The notes under the pieces are model-generated. The model did not search any database and was not told where the DNA came from. It saw nothing but the letters and a program-made list of their open reading frames with translations. Of a stretch of DNA of 20,689 nt, positions 14,001 through 20,689 are shown piece after piece. The DNA comes from Eledone cirrhosa. Taxonomy: Eukaryota. The position numbers were made by a program, and so were the translations under genes. Position 1 is the stretch's first letter. Each line of letters begins with the position of its first letter. Where the stretch lies: the NCBI GenBank assembly GCA_964016885.1, contig CAXHJY010001132.1, positions 1 to 20,689 on the forward strand, in the 5' to 3' direction.

Positions 14001-16481
14001 CCTAGCCAACACTTATCTTCTGCTGTTTCTATCCACCTAGCCAACACTTATCGTCTGATGTTTCTATCCATTCAGACAACACTTATCGTCTGCTGTTTCT
14101 ATCCACCTAGCCAACACTAATCGTCTGCTGTTTCTATCCACCTAGCCAACACTTATCGTCTGCTCTTTCTATCCACTCAGCCAAGACTTATCGTCTGCTG
14201 TTTCTGTCCATTCAGCCAACACTTATCGTCTGCTGTTTCTATCCACTCAGCCAACACTTATCGTCTGCTGTTTCTATCCACCTAGCCAACACTTACCGTC
14301 TGCTGTTTCTATCCACCTAGCCAACACTTATCGTCTGCTGTTTCTCTCCATTCAGCCAACACTTATCGTCTACTGTTTCTATCCACCTTGCCAACACTTA
14401 TCGTCTGCTGTTTCTATCCATCTAGCCAACACCTATCGTCTGCTGTTTCTATCCATTCAGCCAACAATTATCGTCTGCTGTTTCTATCCACCTAGCCAAC
14501 ACTTATCAACTGCTGTTTCTATCCACCTAGCCAACACTTATCATCAGCTTTTTCTACCCACCTAGCCGGCACTTATCGTCTGATGTTTCTATCCACCTAG
14601 CCAACACTTATCGTCTGCTGTTTCTCTCCACCTAGCCAACACTTATCGTCTGCTGTTTCTATCCACCTAGACAACACTTATCGTCTGCTGTTTCTATCCA
14701 CCTAGCCAACACTTACCGTCTGCTGTTTCTATCCACCTAGCCAACACTTATCTTCTGCTATTTCTATCCAGCTAGCCAACACTTATCGTCTACTGTTTCT
14801 ATCCACCTAGCCAACACTTATCGTCTGCTGTTTCTCTCCACCTAGCCAACACTTATCGTCTGCTGTTTCTTTCCACTCAGACAACACTTATCGTCTGCTG
14901 CTTCTATCCACCTAGCCAACACTTATCAACTGCTGTTTCTATCCAACTAGCCAACACTTATCATCAGCTTTTTCTATCCACCTAGCCGACACTTATCGTC
15001 TGATGTTTCTATCCACCTAGCCAACACTTATCGTCTGCTGTTTCTCTCCACCTAGCCAACACTTATCGTCTGCTGTTTCTATCCACCTAGACAACACTTA
15101 TCGTCTGCTGTTTCTATCCACCTAGCCAACACTTACCGTCTGCTTTTTCTATCCACCTAGCCAACACTTATCGTCTGCTGTTTCTATCCGCCTTGCCAAC
15201 ACTTATCGTCTGCTGTTTCTATCCACCTAGCCAACACTTATCGTCTGCTGTTTCTATCCTCCTTGCCAACACTTATCGTCTGCTATTTCTATCCACCTAG
15301 CCAACACTTATCGTCTACTGTTTCTATCCACCTAGCCAACACTTGTCGTCTGCTGTTTCTATCCACCTATCCAACACTTATCATCTGCTGTATCTAACCA
15401 CATAGCCAACACTTATCGTCTGCTGTTTCTATCCACCTAGCCAACACTTATCGTCTGATGTTTCTATCCAGCTAGCCAACACTTATCGTCTGCTGTTTCT
15501 ATCCACTCAGCCAACACTTATCGTCTGCTGTTTCTATCCACCTAGCCAACACTTATCGTCTGCTGTTTCTATCCACGTAGCCAACACTTATCGTCTGCTG
15601 TATCTATCCACCTAGCCAACACTTATCGTCTGCTGTTTCTATCCACTCAGCCAACACTTATCGTCTGCTGTTTCTATCCACCTAGCCAACACTTATCGTA
15701 TGCTGTTTCTCTCCATTCAGCCAACACTTATCGTCTGCTGTTTCTATCCACCTAGCCAACACTTATCGTCTGCTGTTTCTATCCACCTAGCCAACACTTA
15801 TCGTCTGCTGTTTCAATCCACCTAGCCAACACATATCGTCTGCTGTTTCTATCCACCTAGCCAACACTTATCGTCGGCTGTTTCTATCCACCTAGCCAAC
15901 ACTTATCGTCTGCTGTTTCTATCCACCTAGCCAACACTTATCGTCTGCTGTTTCTATCCACCTAGCCAACACTTATCGTCTGCTGGTTCTTTCCACTCAG
16001 ACAACACTTATCGTCTGCTGCTTCTATCCACCTAGCCAAAACTTATCAACAGCTGTTTCTATCCACCTAGCCAACACTTATCGTCTGCTTTTTCTATCCA
16101 CCTAGCCGACACTTATCGTCTGCTGTTTATATCCACCTAGCCAACACTTATCGTCTGCTGTTTCTCTCCACCTAGCCAGCACTTATCGTCTGCTGTTTCT
16201 ATCCACCTAGACAACACTTATCGTCTGCTGTTTCTATCCACCTAGCCAACACATATCGTCTGCTGTTTCTATCTGACTTGCCAACACTTATCGTCTGCTG
16301 TTTCTATCCACCTAGCCAACACTTATCGTCTGCTGTTTCTATCCGCCTTGCCAACACTTATCGTCTGCTGTTTCTATCCGCCTAGCCAACACTTATCGTC
16401 TGCTGTTTCTATCCACCTGGCCAACACTTATCGTCTGCTGTTTCTATCCACCTAGCCAACACTTATCGTCTGCTGTTTCTA
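11065..16481. repeat. Copy B of the 5,355-bp tandem duplication (end includes the ~60-bp ambiguous overlap)
   Basis: The match at offset 5355 starts after a mismatch at 5709(A)/11064(G) and stops at 11127(A)/16482(T), where the 34-bp monomer is not repeated a third time. I noticed only two internal differences: 7266 A vs 12621 T, and 10247 T vs 15602 A. Confidence 0.95.
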
Positions 16482-17509
16482 TCCACCTAGCCAACACTTA
16501 TCGTCTGCTGTTTCTATCCACTCAGCCAACACTTATCGTCTGCTGTTTCTATCCACCTAGCCAACACTTATCGTCTGCTGTTTCTATCCACCTAGCCAAC
16601 ACTTATCGTCTGCTGTTTCTCTCCACCTAGCCAACACTTATCGTCTGCTGTTTCTATCCACCTAGCCAAAACTTATCGTCTGCTGTTTCTATCCACCTAG
16701 CCAACACTTATCGTCTGCTGTTTCTATCCACCTAGCCAACACTTATCGTCTGCTGTTTCTATCCACCTAGCCAACACTTATCTTCTGATGTTTCTATCCA
16801 CCTAGCCAACACTTATCTTCTGATGTTTCTATCCATTCAGCCAACATTTATCGTCTGCTGTTTCTATCCACCTAGCCAACACTTATCGTCTGCTGTTTCT
16901 ATCCACCTAGCCAACACTTATCGTCTGATGATTCTATCCACCTAGCCAACACTTATAGTCTGCTGATTCAATCCACCTAGCCAACACTTATCGTCTGCTG
17001 TTTCTATCCGCCTTGCCAACACTTATCGTCTGCTGTTTCTATCCACTCAGCCAACACTTATCGTCTGCTGTTTCTATCCACCTAGCCAACACTTATCGTC
17101 TGCTTTTTCTATCAACCTAGCCGACACTTATCGTCTACTGTTTCTATCCACCTATCCAACACTTATCGTCTGCTGTATCTATACACCTAGCCAACACTTA
17201 TCGTCTGCTGTTTCTATCCACCTAGCCAACACTTATCGTCTGCTGTTTCTATCCACCTAGCCAACACTTATCGTATGCTGTTTCTATCCACTCAGCCAAC
17301 ACTTATCGTGTGCTGTTTCTATCCACGTAGCCAACACTTATCATCAGCTTTTTCTATCCACCTAGCCGACACTTATCGTCTGATGTTTCTATCCACCTAG
17401 CCAACCCTTATCGTCTGCTGTTTCTCTCCACCTAGCCAACACTTATCGTCTGCTGTTTCTATCCACCTAGACAACACTTATCGTCTGCTGTTTCTATCTA
17501 CAGAGCCAA

Positions 17510-17850
17510 CACTTACCGTCTGCTGTTTCTATCCACCTAGCCAACACTTATCGTCTGCTATTTCTATCCGCCTTGCCAACACTTATCGTCTGCTGTTTCT
17601 ATCCACCTAGCCAACGCTTATCGTCTGCTGTTTCTATCCGCCTTGCCAACACTTATCGTCTGCTATTTCTATCCACGTAGCCAACACTTATCGTCTGATG
17701 TTTCTATCCACATAGCCAACACTTACCGTCTGCTGTTTCTATCCACCTAGCCAACACTTATCGTCTGCTATTTCTATCCGCCTTGCCAACACTTATCGTC
17801 TGCTGTTTCTATCCACCTAGCCAACGCTTATCGTCTGCTGTTTCTATCCA
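17510..17850. repeat. Local 210-bp-offset (6-monomer) duplication
   Basis: acttaccgtc 17511/17721, tcgtctgctatttctatccgccttg 17551/17761 and ccaacgctta 17611/17821 recur at +210. Confidence 0.85.
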
Positions 17851-19070
17851 GCTAGCCAACACTTATCGTCTTCTGTTTCTATCCACTCAGCCAACACTTA
17901 TCGTCTGCTGTTTCTATCCACCTAGCCAATACTTATCGTCTGCTGTTTCTATCCACGTAGCCAACACTTATCGTCTGCAGTTTCTATCCACCTAGCCAAC
18001 ACTTATCGTCTGCTGTTTCTATCCACGTAGCCAACACTTATCGTCTGCTGTTTCTATCCACCTAGACAACACTTACCGTCTGCTGTTTCTATCCACTCAG
18101 CCAACACTTATCGTCTACTGTTTCAATCCGCCGAGCCAACACTTATCGTCTGCTGTTTCTATCCAACTTGCCAACTCTTATCGTCTGCTGTTTCTATCCA
18201 CCTAGCCAACACTTATCGTCTGCTGTTTCTATCCGCCTTGCCAGCACTTATCGTCTGCTATTTCTATCCACCTAGCCAACACTTATCGTCTACTATTTCT
18301 ATCCACCTAGCCAACACTTGTCGTCTGCTGTTTCTATCCACCTAACCAACTCTTATCATCTGCTGTATCTATCCACATAGCCAACACTTATCGTCTGCTG
18401 TTTCTATCCACGTAGCCAACACTTATCGTCTGATGTTTCTATCCACCTAGCCAACACTTATCGTGTGATGTTTCTATCCACCTAGCCAACACTTATCGTC
18501 TGCTGTTTCTATCCACCTAGCCAACACTTATCGTCTGCTGTTTCTATCCACCTAGCCAACACTTATCGTCTGCTGTTTCTATCCGCCGAGCCAACACTTA
18601 TCGTCTGCTGTTTATATCCAACTTGCCAACACTTATCGTCTTCTGTTTCTATCCACCTAGCCAACACTTATCGTCTGCTGTTTTTATCCACCTAGCCAAC
18701 ACTTATCTTCTGCTGTTTCTATCCACCTAGCCAACACTTATCGTCTGATGTTTCTATCCATTCAGACAACACTTATCGTCTGCTGTTTCTATCCACCTAG
18801 ACAACACTTATCGTCTGCTGTTTCTATCCACCTAGCCAACACTTATCGTCTGCTGTTTCTATCCACCTAGCCAACACTTATCGTCTGCTGTTTCTATCCA
18901 CCTAGCCAACACCTATCGTCTGCTGTTTCTATCCACCTAGCCAACACTTATCGTCTGCTGTTTCTATCCACCTAGCCAACACTTATCGTCTGCTGTTTCT
19001 ATCCACCTAGCTAACACTTATCGTCTGCTGTTTCAATCCACCTAGCCAACACTTATCGTCTGCTGTTTCT

Positions 19071-20689
19071 TTCCACTCAGACAACACTTATCGTCTGCTG
19101 CTTCTATCCACCTAGCCAAAACTTATCAACAGCTGTTTCTATCCACCTAGCCAACACTTATCGTCTGCTTTTTCTATCCACCTAGCCGACACTTATCGTC
19201 TGCTGTTTCTATCCACCTAGCCAACACTTATCGTCTGCTGTTTCTCTCCACCTAGCCAACACTTATCGTCTGCTGTTTCTATCCACCTAGACAACACTTA
19301 TCGTCTGCTGTTTCTATCCACCTAGACAACACTTATCGTCTGCTGTTTCTATCCACCTAGCCAACACTTATCGTCTGCTGTTTCTATCCACCTAGCCAAC
19401 ACTTATCGTCTGCTGTTTCTATCCTCCTTGCCAACACTTATCGTCTGCTGTTTCTATCCGCCTTGCCAACACTTATCGTCTGCTGTTTCTATCCACCTAG
19501 CCAGCACTTATCGTCTGCTGTTTCTATCCACCTAGCCAACACTTATCGTCTGCTGTTTCTATCCACCTAGCCAACACTTATTGTCTGCTGTTTCTATCCA
19601 CTCAGCCAACACTTATCGTCTGCTGTTTCTATCGACCTAGACAACACTTATCGTCTGCTGTTTCTATTCACCTAGCCAACACTTATCTTCTGATGCTTCT
19701 ATCCACCTAGCCAACAGTTATCTTCTGATGTTTCTATCCATTCAGCCAACATTTATCGTCTGCTGTTTCTATCCACCTAGCCAACACTTATCGTCTGCTG
19801 TTTCTATCCACCTAGCCAACACTTATCGTCTGATGATTCTATCCACCTAGCCAACACTTATAGTCTGCTGATTCTATCCACCTAGCCAACACTTATCGTC
19901 TGCTGTTTCTATCCGCCTTGCCAACACTTATCGTCTGCTGTTTCTATCCACTCAGCCAACACTTATCGTCTGCTGTTTCTATCCACCTAGCCAACACTTA
20001 TCGGCTGCTGTTTCTATCCACGTAGCCAACACATATCGTCTGCTGTTTCTATCCACCTAGCCAACTCTTATCGTCTGCTGTTTCTCTCCATTCAGCCAAC
20101 ACTTATCGTCTGCTGTTTCTATCCACCTAGCCAACACTTATAGTCTGCTGTTTCTATCCACCTAGCCAACACTTAACGTCTGCTGTTTCTATCCACCTAG
20201 CCAACACTTATCGTCTGCTGTTTCTATCCACCTAGCCAACACCTATCGTCTGCTGTTTCTATCCACCTAGCCAACACTTATCGTCTGCTGTTTCTATCCA
20301 CGTAGCCAACACTTATCGTCTGCTGTTTCTATCCACCTAACCAACACTTATCGTCTGCTGTTTCAATCCACCTAGCCAACACTTATCAACTGCTGTTTCT
20401 ATCCACCTAGCCAACACTTATCGTCTGCTTTTTCTATCCACCTAGCCGACACTTATCGTCTACTGTTTCTATCCACCTATCCAACACTTATCGTCTGCTG
20501 TATCTATCCACCTAGCCAACACTTATCGTCTGCTGTTTCTATCCACCTAGCCAACACCTATCGTCTGCTGTTTCTATCCACCTAGCCAACACTTATCGTA
20601 TGCTGTTTCTATCCACTCAGCCAACACTTATCGTGTGCTGTTTCTATCCACCTAGCCAACACTTATCGTCTGCTGTTTCTATCCACGTA
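19071..20689. repeat. Diverged colinear duplicate of ~15991-17330
   Basis: Variants are shared in order at offsets 3080 (88 units: ttccactcagac 15991/19071, ctcag 16521/19601), 2905 (83 units: ccaacattta 16841/19746) and 3325 (95 units: tgctttttct 17101/20426). Confidence 0.8.

Larger units (their letters stand above)
1..20689. repeat. Tandem array of a 35-bp monomer (satellite/minisatellite DNA), ~591 copies, truncated by both window edges
   Basis: Consensus CTAGCCAACACTTATCGTCTGCTGTTTCTATCCAC recurs at 1, 36, 71, 106 and onward to the last base. The length 20689 = 591x35 + 3 + a net 1-bp insertion. Many monomers are exact consensus and most others carry a few substitutions. I saw no inverted copies or intervening unique DNA. 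Confidence 0.99.

Noticed and set aside
1402-17995. Eight 70-117 aa ORFs on the + strand (PTLIVCCFYPPSQHLSSAVSIHLANTYRLLFLST repeats)
   Set aside because: They are translations of the 35-bp repeat cycling through three frames. They open only where a variant removes the CTAG stop, and they start at chance TTG/ATG variants (ccttg, gatg). Repeated ORFs merely mirror the DNA duplications.
1-20689. CRISPR array (35 bp is a typical repeat length)
   Set aside because: Monomers abut directly with no unique spacers, and there is no leader or cas gene in the window.
1-20689. Giant repetitive protein under a TAG-to-Gln genetic code (TAG is the only consensus + strand stop, and the common variant ACC TAG to ACT CAG would be synonymous in that frame)
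   Set aside because: The period is not a multiple of 3. The tcag variants I checked fall in all three monomer phases, TGA variants occur in all three frames (e.g. 1210, 1490, 2610), and 1-bp indels are tolerated.
1-20689. Rolling-circle, concatemer or other synthetic artefact of one 35-mer
   Set aside because: Variants are shared hierarchically among blocks of different ages and indels are very rare. That pattern fits evolutionary history, not random polymerase or sequencing error. Only the 5,355-bp duplication remains a possible assembly artefact.
1-20689. Telomeric repeat, G-quadruplex array or structured RNA gene array
   Set aside because: Neither strand of the consensus has runs of three or more G. 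It does not resemble a telomere repeat I know, and I see no convincing hairpin or tRNA/snRNA-like motif in the monomer.
1-20689. Variant pattern as an information-storing code or diversity-generating system
   Set aside because: The ordered variants are adequately explained by nested duplication and conversion. No associated enzyme gene, template/variable pair or directional polarity is visible.

Overview
The whole 20,689-bp window is one uninterrupted head-to-tail tandem array (satellite/minisatellite type) of a 35-bp monomer, consensus CTAGCCAACACTTATCGTCTGCTGTTTCTATCCAC. It holds about 591 copies in one orientation and runs off both ends. I see no unique sequence, gene, RNA gene, transposon end or CRISPR spacer, and all listed ORFs are translations of the repeat. 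The informative signal is the pattern of monomer variants, which records nested duplications: a near-perfect 5,355-bp (153-monomer) tandem duplication at ~5710-16481, older diverged kb-scale duplicates, local 6-, 12- and 17-monomer duplications, single-monomer slippage, and recurrent multi-monomer variant cassettes. I do not recognise the repeat family or host. A eukaryotic satellite is the most likely reading, but that is inference. I found no supportable evidence for a novel gene system. All comparisons were made by eye.
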